Assembly (NCBI GenBank): GCA_964016885.1
Contig: OZ024740.1
Span: 429,970,001-430,034,000, forward strand
Length of the DNA stretch: 64,000 bases
Source: Eledone cirrhosa
Taxonomy: Eukaryota
Reading direction: 5' to 3'
Under the pieces are notes generated by a model that ran no database searches, was not told the origin of the DNA, and saw only the letters and a program-made list of their open reading frames with translations. Both the position numbers and the translations under genes were made by a program. Positions 43,101-58,100 of the stretch are shown here, piece after piece. Every line of letters begins with the position of its first letter. The first letter of the stretch is position 1.

Positions 43101-46100
43101 TGTAGGTGGTGCCAGATGTACAATACCATGTGGAGGAGGTGAGACAGGAGTTTCTGACAGTAATGTTTACCACCAAAGTTACCTTGATGTAGGTGGTGCC
43201 AGATGTACAATAACATGTGGTGGAAGTGAGACAGGAGTTTCTGACGGTAATGTCTACCACCAAAGTTACCTTGGTGTAGGTGGTGCCAGATACATAATAA
43301 CATGTGGAGGAGGTGAGACAGGAGTTTCTGACAGTAATGTCCACCACCAAAGTTACCTTTGTGTAGGTGGTGCCAGATACACAATAACATGTGGTGGAGG
43401 TGAGACAGGAGTTTCTGACAGTAATGTCCACCACCAAAGTTACCTTGGTGTAGGTGGTGCCAGATACATAATAACATGTGGAGGAGGTGAGACAGGAGTT
43501 TCTGACAGTAATGTCCACCACCAAAGTTACCTTTGTGTAGGTGGTGCCAGATGTACAACAACATGTGGTGGAGGTGAGACAGGAGTTTCTGACTGTAATG
43601 TCTACAACCAAAGTTACCTTGGTGTAGGTGGTGCCAGATACACAATAACATGTGGAGGAGGTGAGACAGGAGTTTCTGACAGTAATGTCTACCACCAAAG
43701 TTACCTTGGTGTAGGTGGTGCCAGATACACAATAACAGGTGGAGGAGGTGAGACAGGAGTTTCTGACAGTAATGTCTACCACCAAAGTTACCTTGGTGTA
43801 GGTGGTGCCAGATGTACAACAACATGTGGAGGAGGTGAGACAGGCGTTTCTGACAGTAATGTCTACCACCAAAGTTACCTTGGTGTAGGTGGTGCCAGAT
43901 ACACAATAACATGTGGAGGAGGTGAGACAGGAGTTTCTGACAGTAATATCTACCACCAAAGTTACCTTGGTGTAGGTGGTGCCAGATGTACAACAACATG
44001 TGGAGGAGGTGAGACAGGAGTTTCTGACAGTAATGTCTACCACCAAAGTTACCTTGGTGTAGGTGGTGCCAGATACACAATAACATGTGGAGGAGGTGAG
44101 ACAGGAGTTTCTGACAGTAATGTCTACCACCAAACTTACCTTGGTGTAGGTGGTGCCAGATGTAGAATAACATGTGGAGGAGGTGAGACAGGAGTTTCTG
44201 ACAGTAATGTCTACCACCAAAGTTACCTTGGTGTAGGTGGTGCCAGATACATAATAACATATGGAGGAGGTGAGACAGGAGTTTCTGACAGTAATGTCTA
44301 CCACCAAAGTTACCTTGGTGTAGGTGCTGCCAGATGTACAATAACATATGGAGGCGGTGAGACAGGAGTTTCTGACAGTAATGTCTACCTCCAAAGTTAC
44401 CTTGATGTAGGTGGTGCCAGATGTACAATAACATATGGAGGAGGTGAGACAGGAGTCTCTGACAGTAATGTCTACCACCAAAGTTACCTTGGTGTAGGTG
44501 GTGCCAGATACATAATAACATGTGGAGGAGGTGAGACAGGAGTTTCTGACAGTAATGTCTACCACCAAAGTTACCTTGGTGTAGGTGGTGCCAGATACAT
44601 AATAACATGTGGAGGAGGTGAGACAGGAGTTTCTGACAGTAATGTCTACCACCAAAGTTACCTTGGTGTAGGTGGTGCCAGATACATAATAACATGTGGA
44701 GGAGGTGAGACAGGAGTTTCTGACAGTAATGTCTACCACCAAAGTTACCTTGGTGTAGATGGTGCCAGATACATAATAACATGTGGAGGAGGTGAGACAG
44801 GAGTGTCTGACAGTAATGTCTACCACCAAAGTTACCTTGGTGTAGATGGTGCCAGATACATAATAACATGTGGAGGAGGTGAGACAGGAGTTTCTGACAG
44901 TAATGTCTACCACCAAAGTTACCTTGGTGTAGGTGGTGCCAGATACATAATAACATGTGGAGGAGGTGAGACAGGAGTTTCTGACAGTAATGTCTACCAC
45001 CAAAGTTACCTTGGTGTAGGTGGTGCCAGATACATAATAACATGTGGAGGAGGTGAGACAGGAGTTTCTGACAGTAATGTCTACCACCAAAGTTACCTTG
45101 GTGTAGATGGTGCCAGATACATAATAACATGTGGAGGAGGTGAGACAGGAGTGTCTGACAGTAATGTCTACCACCAAAGTTACCTTGGTGTAGGTGGTGC
45201 CAGATACATAATAACATGTGGAGGAGGTGAGACAGTAGTTTCTGACTGTAATGTCTACCACCAAAGTTACCTTGGTGTAGGTGGTGCCAGATACATAATA
45301 ACATGTGGAGGAGGTGAGACAGGAGTTTCTGACAGTAATGTCTACCACCAAAGTTACCTTGGTATAGGTGGTGCCAGATGTACAATAACATATGGAGGAG
45401 GTGAGACAGGAGTGTCTGACAGTAATGTCTACCACCAAAGTTACCTTGGTGTAGGTGGTGCCAGATACATAATAACATGTGGAGGAGGTGAGACAGGAGT
45501 TTCTGACAGTAATGTCTTCCAAAGTTACCTTGGTGTAGGTGGTGCCAGATACACAATAACATGTGGAGGAGGTGAGACAGGAGTTTCTGACAGTAATGTC
45601 TACCTCCAAAGTTACCTTGATGTAGGTGGTGCCAGATATACAATAACATATGGAGGAGGTGAGACAGGAGTCTCTGACAGTAATGTCTACCACCAAAGTT
45701 ACCTTGGTGTAGGTGGTGCCAGATACATAATAACATGTGGAGGAGGTGAGACAGGAGTTTCTGACAGTAATGTCTACCACCAAAGTTACCTTGGTGTAGG
45801 TGGTGCCAGATGTACAATAACATGTGGAGGAGGTGAGACAGGAGTTTCTGACAGTAATGTCTACCACCAAAGTTACCTTGGTGTAGGTGGTGCCAGATAC
45901 ACAATAACATATGGAGGAGGTGAGACAGGAGTTTCTGACAGTAATGTCTACCACCAAAATTACCTTGGTGTAGGTGGTGCCAGATACATAATAACATATG
46001 GAGGAGGTGAGACAGGAGTTTCTGACAGTAATGTCTACCACCAAAGTTACCTTGGTGTAGGTGGTGCCAGATACATAATAACATGTGGAGGAGGTGAGAC

Positions 46101-49100
46101 AGGAGTTTCTGACAGTAATGTCTACCACCAAACTTACCTTGGTGTAGGTGGTGCCAGATGTAGAATAACATGTGGAGAAGGTGAGACAGGAGTTTCTGAC
46201 AGTAATGTCTACCACCAAAGATACCTTGGTGTAGGTGGTGCCAGATACATAATAACATATGGAGGAGGTGAGACAGGAGTTTCTGACAGTATTGTCTACC
46301 ACCAAAGTTACCTTGGTGTAGGTGGTGCCAGATACATAATAACATATGGAGGAGGTGAGACAGGAGTTTCTGACAGTAATGTCTACCACCAAAGTTACCT
46401 TGGTGTAGGTGGTGCCAGATGTACAACAACATGTGGAGGAGGTGAGACAGGAGTTTCTGACAGTAATGTCTACCACCAAAGTTACCTTGGTGTAGGTGGT
46501 CCCAAATACATAATAACATGTGGAGGAGGTGAGACAGGAGTTTCTGACAGTAATGTCTACCACCAAAGTTACCTTGGTGTAGGTGGTGCAAGATGTACAA
46601 CAACATGTGGAGGAGGTGAGACAGGAGTTTCTGACAGTAATGTCTACCACCAAAGTTACCTTAGTGTAGGTGGTGCCAGATACACAATAACATGTGGAGG
46701 AGGTGAGACAGGAGTTTCTGACAGTAATGTCTACCACCAAAGTTACCATGGTGTAGGTGGTGCCAGATACACAATAAAATGTGGAGAAGGTGAGACAGGA
46801 GTTTCTGACAGTAATATCTAAAACCAAAGTTATCTTGGTGTAGGTGGTGCCAGATACATAATAACACGTGGAGGAGGTGAGACAGGAGTTTCTGACAGTA
46901 ATGTCTACCACCAAAGTTACCTTGGTGTAGGTGGTGCCAGATGTACAATACCATGTGGAGGAGGTGAGACAGGAGTTTCTGACAGTAATGTTTACCACCA
47001 AAGTTACCTTGATGTAGGTGGTGCCAGATGTACAATAACATGTGGTGGAAGTGAGACAGGAGTTTCTGACGGTAATGTCTACCACCAAAGTTACCTTGGT
47101 GTAGGTGGTGCCAGATACATAATAACATGTGGAGGAGGTGAGACAGGAGTTTCTGACAGTAATGTCTACCACCAAAGTTACCCTGGTGTAGGTGGTGCCA
47201 GATACATAATAACATGTGGAGGAGGTGAGACAGGAGTTTCTGACAGTAATGTCTACCACCAAAGTTACCTTGGTGTAGGTGGTGCCAGATACATAATAAC
47301 ATGTGGAGGAGGTGAGACAGGAGTTTCTGACAGTAATGTCTACCACCAAAGTTACCTTGGTGTAGATGGTGCCAGATACATAATAACATGTGGAGGAGGT
47401 GAGACAGGAGTGTCTGACAGTAATGTCTACCACCAAAGTTACCTTGGTGTAGGTGGTGCCAGATACATAATAACATGTGGAGGAGGTGAGACAGTAGTTT
47501 CTGACTGTAATGTCTACCACCAAAGTTACCTTGGTGTAGGTGGTGCCAGATACATAATAACATGTGGAGGAGGTGAGACAGGAGTTTCTGACAGTAATGT
47601 CTACCACCAAAGTTACCTTGGTGTAGGTGGTGCCAGATGTACAATAACATATGGAGGAGGTGAGACAGGAGTGTCTGACAGTAATGTCTACCACCAAAGT
47701 TACCTTGGTGTAGGTGGTGCCAGATACATAATAACATGTGGAGGAGGTGAGACAGGAGTTTCTGACAGTAATGTCTTCCAAAGTTACCTTGGTGTAGGTG
47801 GTGCCAGATACACAATAACATGTGGAGGAGGTGAGACAGGAGTTTCTGACAGTAATGTCTACCACCAAAGTTACCTTGGTGTAGGTGGTGCCAGATGTAC
47901 AATAACATGTGGAGGAGGTGAGACAGGAGTTTCTGACAGTAATGTCTACCACCAAAGTTACCTTGGTGTAGGTGGTGCCAGATGTACAATAACATATGGA
48001 GGAGGTGAGACAGGAGTTTCTGACAGTAATGACTACCTCCAAAGTTACCTTGATGTAGGTGGTGCCAGATGTACAATAACATATGGAGGAGGTGAGACAG
48101 GAGTCTCTGACAGTAATGTCTACCACCAAAGTTACCTTGGTGTAGGTGGTGCCAGATACATAATAACATGTGGAGGAGGTGAGACAGGAGTTTCTGACAG
48201 TAATGTCTACCACCAAAGTTACCTTGGTGTAGGTGGTGCCAGATGTACAATAACATGTGGAGGAGGTGAGACAGGAGTTTCTGACAGTAATGTCTACCAC
48301 CAAAGTTACCTTGGTGTAGGTGGTGCCAGATACACAATAACATATGGAGGAGGTGAGACAGGAGTTTCTGACAGTAATGTCTACCACCAAAATTACCTTG
48401 GTGTAGGTGGTGCCAGATACATAATAACATATGGAGGAGGTGAGACAGGAGTTTCTGACAGTAATGTCTACCACCAAAGGTACCTTGGTGTAGGTGGTGC
48501 CAGATACATAATAACATGTGGAGGAGGTGAGACAGGAGTTTCTGACAGTAATGTCTACCACCAAACTTACCTTGGTGTAGGTGGTGCCAGATGTAGAATA
48601 ACATGTGGAGAAGGTGAGACAGGAGTTTCTGACAGTAATGTCTACCACCAAAGATACCTTGGTGTAGGTGGTGCCAGATACATAATAACATATGGAGGAG
48701 GTGAGACAGGAGTTTCTGACAGTAATGTCTACCACCAAAGTTACCTTGGTGTAGGTGGTGCCAGATACATAATAACATATGGAGGAGGTGAGACAGGAGT
48801 TTCTGACAGTAATGTCTACCACCAAAGTTACCTTGGTGTAGGTGGTGCCAGATGTACAACAACATGTGGAGGAGGTGAGACAGGAGTTTCTGACAGTAAT
48901 GTCTACCACCAAAGTTACCTTGGTGTAGGTGGTCCCAAATACATAATAACATGTGGAGGAGGTGAGACAGGAGTTTCTGACAGTAATGTCTACCACCAAA
49001 GTTACCTTGGTGTAGGTGGTGCAAGATGTACAACAACATGTGGAGGAGGTGAGACAGGAGTTTCTGACAGTAATGTCTACCACCAAAGTTACCTTAGTGT

Positions 49101-52100
49101 AGGTGGTGCCAGATACACAATAACATGTGGAGGAGGTGAGACAGGAGTTTCTGACAGTAATGTCTACCACCAAAGTTACCATGGTGTAGGTGGTGCCAGA
49201 TACACAATAAAATGTGGAGAAGGTGAGACAGGAGTTTCTGACAGTAATATCTAAAACCAAAGTTATCTTGGTGTAGGTGGTGCCAGATACATAATAACAC
49301 GTGGAGGAGGTGAGACAGGAGTTTCTGACAGTAATGTCTACCACCAAAGTTACCTTGGTGTAGGTGGTGCCAGATGTACAATACCATGTGGAGGAGGTGA
49401 GACAGGAGTTTCTGACAGTAATGTTTACCACCAAAGTTACCTTGATGTAGGTGGTGCCAGATGTACAATAACATGTGGTGGAAGTGAGACAGGAGTTTCT
49501 GACGGTAATGTCTACCACCAAAGTTACCTTGGTGTAGGTGGTGCCAGATACATAATAACATGTGGAGGAGGTGAGACAGGAGTTTCTGACAGTAATGTCC
49601 ACCACCAAAGTTACCTTTGTGTAGGTGGTGCCAGATGTACAACAACATGTGGTGGAGGTGAGACAGGAGTTTCTGACTGTAAAGTCTACCACCAAAGTTA
49701 CCTTGGTGTAGGTGGTGCCAGATACACAATAACATGTGGAGGAGGTGAGACAGGAGTTTCTGACAGTAATGTCTACCACCAAAGTTACCTTGGTGTAGGT
49801 GGTGCCAGATACACAATAACAGGTGGAGGAGGTGAGACAGGAGTTTCTGACAGTAATGTCTACCACCAAAGTTACCTTGGTGTAGGTGGTGCCAGATGTA
49901 CAACAACATGTGGAGGAGGTGAGACAGGAGTTTCTGACAGTAATGTCTACCACCAAAGTTACCTTGGTGTAGGTGGTGCCAGATACACAATAACAGGTGG
50001 AGGAGGTGAGACAGGAGTTTCTGACAGTAATGTCTACCACCAAAGTTACCTTGGTGTAGGTGGTGCCAGATGTACAACAACATGTGGAGGAGGTGAGACA
50101 GGAGTTTCTGACAGTAATGTCTACCACCAAAGTTACCTTGGTGTAGGTGGTGCCAGATACATAATAACATGTGGAGGAGGTGAGACAGGAGTTTCTGACA
50201 GTAATATCTACCACCAAAGTTACCTTGGTGTAGGTGGTGCCAGATGTACAACAACATGTGGAGGAGGTGAGACAGGAGTTTCTGACAGTAATGTCTACCA
50301 CCAAAGTTACCTTGGTGTAGGTGGTGCCAGATACACAGTAACATGTGGAGGAGGTGAGACAGGAGTTTCTGACAGTAATGTCTACCACCAAACTTACCTT
50401 GGTGTAGGTGGTGCCAGATGTAGAATAACATGTGGAGGAGGTGAGACAGGAGTTTCTGACAGTAATGTCTACCACCAAAGTTACCTTGGTGTAGGTGCTG
50501 CCAGATACATAATAACATATGGAGGAGGTGAGACAGGAGTTTCTGACAGTAATATCTACCACCAAAGTTACCTTGGTGTAGGTGGTGCCAGATACATAAT
50601 AACATATGGAGGAGGTGAGACAGGAGTTTCTGACAGTAATGTCTACCACCAAAGTTACCTTGGTGTAGGTGCTGCCAGATGTACAATAACGTATGGAGGA
50701 GGTGAGACAGGAGTTTCTGACAGTAATGTCTACCACCAAAGTTACCTTGGTGTAGGTGGTGCCAGATACATAATAACGTATGGAGGAGGTGAGACAGGAG
50801 TTTCTGACAGTAATGTCTACCACCAAAGTTACCTTGGTGTAGATGGTGCCAGATGTACAATAACATGTGGAGGAGGTGAGACAGTAGTTTCTGACTGTAA
50901 TGTCTACCACCAAAGTTACCTTGGTGTAGGTGGTGCCAGATACATAATAACATGTGGAGGAGGTGAGACAGGAGTTTCTGACAGTAATGTCTACCACCAA
51001 AGTTACCTTGGTGTAGGTGGTGCCAGATACATAATAACATGTGGAGGAGGTGAGACAGGAGTTTCTGACAGTAATGTCTACCACCAAAGTTACCTTGGTG
51101 TAGGTGGTGCCCGATACACAATAACATGTGGAGGAGGTGAGACAGGAGTTTCTGACAGTAATGTCTACCACCAAAGTTACCTTGGTGTAGGTGGTGCCAG
51201 ATGTACAATAACATGTGGAGGAGGTGAGACAGGAGTTTCTGACAGTAATGTCTACCACCAAAGTTACCTTGGTGTAGGTGGTGCCAGATGTACAATAACA
51301 TATGGAGGAGGTGAGGCAGGAGTTTCTGACAGTAATGTCTACCTGCAAAGTTACCTTGATGTAGGTGGTGCCAGATGTACAATAACATATGGAGGAGGTG
51401 AGACAGGAGTCTCTGACAGTAATGTCTACCACCAAAGTTACCTTGGTGTAGGTGGTGCCAGATACATAATAACATGTGGAGGAGGTGAGACAGGAGTTTC
51501 TGACAGTAATGTCTACCACCAAAGTTACCTTGGTGTAGGTGGTGCCAGATACATAATAACATGTGGAGGAGGTGAGACAGGAGTTTCTGACAGTAATGTC
51601 TACCACCAAAGTTACCTTGGTGTAGGTGGTGCAAGATGTACAACAACATGTGGAGGAGGTGAGACATGAGTTTCTGACAGTAATGTCTACCACCAAAGTT
51701 ACCTTGATGTAGGTGGTGCCAGATACATAATAACACGTGGAGGAGGTGAGACAGGAGTTTCTGACACTAATGTCTACCACCAAAGTTACCTTGGTGTAGG
51801 TGGTGCCAGATGTACATTAACATGTGGAGGTGAGACAGGAGTTTCTGACAGTAATGTTTACCACCAAAGTTACCTTGATGTAGGTGGTGCCAGATGTACA
51901 ATAACATGTGATGGAAGTGAGACAGGAGTTTCTGACGGTAATGTCTACCACCAAAGTTACCTTGGTGTAGGTGGTGCCAGATACATAATAACATGTGGAG
52001 GAGGTGAGACAGGAGTTTCTGACAGTAATGTCCACCACCAAAGTTACCTTGGTGTAGGTGGTGCCAGATGTACAACAACATGTGGTGGAGGTGAGACAGG

Positions 52101-55100
52101 AGTTTCTGACTGTAATGTCTACCACCAAAGTTACCTTGGTGTAGGTGGTGCCAGATACACAATAACATGTGGAGGAGGTGAGACAGGAGTTTCTGACAGT
52201 AATGTCTACCACCAAAGTTACCTTGGTGTAGGTGGTGCCAGATACATAATAACATATGGAGGAGGTGAGACAGGAGTTTCTGACAGTAATGTCTACCACC
52301 AAAGTTACCTTGGTGTAGGTGGTGCCAGATGTACAACAACATGTGGATGAGGTGAGACAGGAGTTTCTGACAGTAATGTCTACCACCAAAGTTACCTTGG
52401 TGTAGGTGGTGCCAGATACACAATAACATGTGGAGGAGGTGAGACAGGAGTTTCTGACAGTAATATCTACCACCAAAGTTACCTTGGTGTAGGTGGTGCC
52501 AGATGTACAACAACATGTGGAGGAGGTGAGACAGGAGTTTCTGACAGTAATGTCTACCACCAAAGTTACCTTGGTGTAGGTGGTGCCAGATACACAATAA
52601 CATGTGGAGGAGGTGAGACAGGAGTTTCTGACAGTAATGTCTACCACCAAAGTTACCTTGGTGTAGGTGGTGCCAGATACACAATAACATGTGGAGGAGG
52701 TGAGACAGGAGTTTCTGACAGTAATGTCTACCACCAAAGTTACCTTGGTGTAGGTCGTGCCAGATGTACAATAACATGTGGAGGAGGTGAGACAGGAGTT
52801 TCTGACTGTAATGTCTACCACCAAAGTTACCTTGGTGTAGGTGGTGCCAAATACATAATAACATGTGGAGGAGGTGAGACAGGAGTTTCTGACTGTAATA
52901 TCTACCACCAAAGTTACCTTGGTGTAGGTGGTGCCAGATACATAACATGTGGAGGAGGTGAGACAGGAGTTTCTGACAGTAATGTCTTCCAAAGTTACCT
53001 TGGTGTAGGTGGTGCCAGATACACAATAACATGTGGAGGAGGTGAGACAGGAGTTTCTGACAGTAATGTCTACCACCAAAGTTACCTTGGTGTAGGTGGT
53101 GCCAGATACACAATAACATGTGGAGGAGGTGAGACAGGAGTTTCTGACAGTAATGTCTACCACCAAAGTTACCTTGGTGTAGGTGGTGCCAGATACACAA
53201 TAACATGTGGAGGAGGTGGGGCAGGAGTTTCTGACAGTAATGTCTACCACCAAAGTTACCTTGGTGTAGGTGGGGCCAGATACATAATAACATATGGAGG
53301 AGGTGAGACAGGAGTTTCTGACAGTAATGTCTACCACCAAAGTTACCTTGGTGAAGGTGGTGCCAGATACACAATAACATATGGAGGAGGTGAGACAGGA
53401 GTTTCTGACAGTAATGTCTACCACCAAAGTTACCTTGGTGTAGGTGGTGCCAGATACATAATAACATATGGAGGAGGTGAGACAGGAGTTTCTGACAGTA
53501 ATGTCTACCACCAAAGTTACCTTGGTGAAGGTGGTGCCAGATACACAATAACATATGGAGGAGGTGAGACAGGAGTTTCTGACAGTAATGTCTACCACCA
53601 AAGTTACCTTGGTGTAGGTCGTGCCAGATGTACAATAACATGTGGAGGAGGTGAGACAGGAGTTTCTGACTGTAATGTCTACCACCAAAGTTACCTTGGT
53701 GTAGGTGGTGCCAAATACATAATAACATGTGGAGGAGGTGAGACAGGAGTTTCTGACTGTAATATCTACCACCAAAGTTACCTTGGTGTAGGTGGTGCCA
53801 GATACATAACATGTGGAGGAGGTGAGACAGGAGTTTCTGACAGTAATGTCTTCCAAAGTTACCTTGGTGTAGGTGGTGCCAGATACACAATAACATGTGG
53901 AGGAGGTGAGACAGGAGTTTCTGACAGTAATGTCTACCACCAAAGTTACCTTGGTGTAGGTGGTGCCAGATACACAATAACATGTGGAGGAGGTGAGACA
54001 GGAGTTTCTGACAGTAATGTCTACCACCAAAGTTACCTTGGTGTAGGTGGTGCCAGATACACAATAACATGTGGAGGAGGTGGGGCAGGAGTTTCTGACA
54101 GTAATGTCTACCACCAAAGTTACCTTGGTGTAGGTGGGGCCAGATACATAATAACATATGGAGGAGGTGAGACAGGAGTTTCTGACAGTAATGTCTACCA
54201 CCAAAGTTACCTTGGTGAAGGTGGTGCCAGATACACAATAACATATGGAGGAGGTGAGACAGGAGTTTCTGACAGTAATGTCTACCACCAAAGTTACCTT
54301 GGTGTAGGTGGTGCCAGATACATAATAACATATGGAGGAGGTGAGACAGGAGTTTCTGACAGTAATGTCTACCACCAAAGTTACCTTGGTGTAGGTGGTG
54401 CCAGATGTAAAACAACATGTGGAGGAGGTGAGACAGGAGTTTCTGACAGTAATGTCTACCACCAAAGTTACCTTGGTGTAGGTGGTGCCAGATACACAAT
54501 AACATGTGGAGGAGGTGAGACAGGAGTTTCTGACAGTAATGTCTACCACCAAAGTTACCTTGGTGTAGGTGGTGCCAGATACACAATAACATGTGGAGGA
54601 GGTGAGACAGGAGTTTCTGACAGTAATGTCTACCACCAAAGTTACCTTGGTGTAGGTGGTGCCAGATGTACAATAACATGTGGAGGAGGTCAGACAGGAG
54701 TTTCTGACGGTAATGTCTACCACCAAAGTTACCTTGGTGTAGGTGGGGCCAGATGTACAATAACATATGGAGGAGGTGAGACAGGAGTTTCTGACAGTAA
54801 TGTCTACCACCAAAGTTACCTTGGTGTAGGTGGTGCCAGATACACAATAACATATGGAGGAGGTGAGACAGGAGTCTCTAACAGTAATGTCTACCACCAA
54901 AGTTACCTTGGTGTAGGTGGTGCCAGATACATAATAACATGTGGAGGAGGTGAGACAGGAGTTTCTGACTGTAATGTCTACCACCAAAGTTACCTTGGTG
55001 TAGGTGGTGCCAGATACACAATAACATGTGGAGGAGGTGAGACAGGAGTTTCTGACTGTAATGTCTACCACCAAAGTTACCTTGGTGTAGGTGGTGCCAA

Positions 55101-58100
55101 ATACATAATAACATGTGGAGGAGGTGAGACAGGAGTTTCTGACTGTAATATCTACCACCAAAGTTACCTTGGTGTAGGTGGTGCCAGATACATAACATGT
55201 GGAGGAGGTGAGACAGGAGTTTCTGACAGTAATGTCTACCACCAAAGTTACCTTGGTGTAGGTGGTGCCAGATACACAATAACATGTGGAGGAGGTGAGA
55301 CAGGAGTTTCTGACAGTAATGTCTACCACCAAAGTTACCTTGGTGTAGGTGGTGCCAGATACACAATAACATGTGGAGGAGGTGAGACAGGAGTTTCTGA
55401 CAGTAATGTCTACCACCAAAGTTACCTTGGTGTAGGTGGTGCCAGATGTAGAATAACATGTGGAGGAGGGGAGACAGGAGTTTCTGACAGTAATGTCTAC
55501 CACCAAAGTTACCTTGGTGTAGGTGGTGCCAGATACACAATAACATGTGGAGGAGGTGAGACAGGAGTTTCTGACAGTAATATCTACCACCAAAGTTACC
55601 TTGGTGTAGGTGGTGCCAGATGTACAACAACATGTGGAGGAGGTGAGACAGGAGTTTCTGACAGTAATGTCTACCACCAAAGTTACCTTGGTGTAGGTGG
55701 TGCCAGATACACAATAACATGTGGAGGAGGTGAGACAGGAGTTTCTGACAGTAATGTCTACCACCAAAGTTACCTTGGTGTAGGTGGTGCCAGATACACA
55801 ATAACATGTGGAGGAGGTGAGACAGGAGTTTCTGACAGTAATGTCTACCACCAAAGTTACCTTGGTGTAGGTCGTGCCAGATGTACAATAACATGTGGAG
55901 GAGGTGAGACAGGAGTTTCTGACTGTAATGTCTACCACCAAAGTTACCTTGGTGTAGGTGGTGCCAAATACATAATAACATGTGGAGGAGGTGAGACAGG
56001 AGTTTCTGACTGTAATATCTACCACCAAAGTTACCTTGGTGTAGGTGGTGCCAGATACATAACATGTGGAGGAGGTGAGACAGGAGTTTCTGACAGTAAT
56101 GTCTTCCAAAGTTACCTTGGTGTAGGTGGTGCCAGATACACAATAACATGTGGAGGAGGTGAGACAGGAGTTTCTGACAGTAATGTCTACCACCAAAGTT
56201 ACCTTGGTGTAGGTGGTGCCAGATACACAATAACATGTGGAGGAGGTGAGACAGGAGTTTCTGACAGTAATGTCTACCACCAAAGTTACCTTGGTGTAGG
56301 TGGTGCCAGATACACAATAACATGTGGAGGAGGTGGGGCAGGAGTTTCTGACAGTAATGTCTACCACCAAAGTTACCTTGGTGTAGGTGGGGCCAGATAC
56401 ATAATAACATATGGAGGAGGTGAGACAGGAGTTTCTGACAGTAATGTCTACCACCAAAGTTACCTTGGTGAAGGTGGTGCCAGATACACAATAACATATG
56501 GAGGAGGTGAGACAGGAGTTTCTGACAGTAATGTCTACCACCAAAGTTACCTTGGTGTAGGTGGTGCCAGATACATAATAACATATGGAGGAGGTGAGAC
56601 AGGAGTTTCTGACAGTAATGTCTACCACCAAAGTTACCTTGGTGAAGGTGGTGCCAGATACACAATAACATATGGAGGAGGTGAGACAGGAGTTTCTGAC
56701 AGTAATGTCTACCACCAAAGTTACCTTGGTGTAGGTCGTGCCAGATGTACAATAACATGTGGAGGAGGTGAGACAGGAGTTTCTGACTGTAATGTCTACC
56801 ACCAAAGTTACCTTGGTGTAGGTGGTGCCAAATACATAATAACATGTGGAGGAGGTGAGACAGGAGTTTCTGACTGTAATATCTACCACCAAAGTTACCT
56901 TGGTGTAGGTGGTGCCAGATACATAACATGTGGAGGAGGTGAGACAGGAGTTTCTGACAGTAATGTCTTCCAAAGTTACCTTGGTGTAGGTGGTGCCAGA
57001 TACACAATAACATGTGGAGGAGGTGAGACAGGAGTTTCTGACAGTAATGTCTACCACCAAAGTTACCTTGGTGTAGGTGGTGCCAGATACACAATAACAT
57101 GTGGAGGAGGTGAGACAGGAGTTTCTGACAGTAATGTCTACCACCAAAGTTACCTTGGTGTAGGTGGTGCCAGATACACAATAACATGTGGAGGAGGTGG
57201 GGCAGGAGTTTCTGACAGTAATGTCTACCACCAAAGTTACCTTGGTGTAGGTGGGGCCAGATACATAATAACATATGGAGGAGGTGAGACAGGAGTTTCT
57301 GACAGTAATGTCTACCACCAAAGTTACCTTGGTGAAGGTGGTGCCAGATACACAATAACATATGGAGGAGGTGAGACAGGAGTTTCTGACAGTAATGTCT
57401 ACCACCAAAGTTACCTTGGTGTAGGTGGTGCCAGATACATAATAACATATGGAGGAGGTGAGACAGGAGTTTCTGACAGTAATGTCTACCACCAAAGTTA
57501 CCTTGGTGTAGGTGGTGCCAGATGTAAAACAACATGTGGAGGAGGTGAGACAGGAGTTTCTGACAGTAATGTCTACCACCAAAGTTACCTTGGTGTAGGT
57601 GGTGCCAGATACACAATAACATGTGGAGGAGGTGAGACAGGAGTTTCTGACAGTAATGTCTACCACCAAAGTTACCTTGGTGTAGGTGGTGCCAGATACA
57701 CAATAACATGTGGAGGAGGTGAGACAGGAGTTTCTGACAGTAATGTCTACCACCAAAGTTACCTTGGTGTAGGTGGTGCCAGATGTACAATAACATGTGG
57801 AGGAGGTCAGACAGGAGTTTCTGACGGTAATGTCTACCACCAAAGTTACCTTGGTGTAGGTGGGGCCAGATGTACAATAACATATGGAGGAGGTGAGACA
57901 GGAGTTTCTGACAGTAATGTCTACCACCAAAGTTACCTTGGTGTAGGTGGTGCCAGATACACAATAACATATGGAGGAGGTGAGACAGGAGTCTCTAACA
58001 GTAATGTCTACCACCAAAGTTACCTTGGTGTAGGTGGTGCCAGATACATAATAACATGTGGAGGAGGTGAGACAGGAGTTTCTGACTGTAATGTCTACCA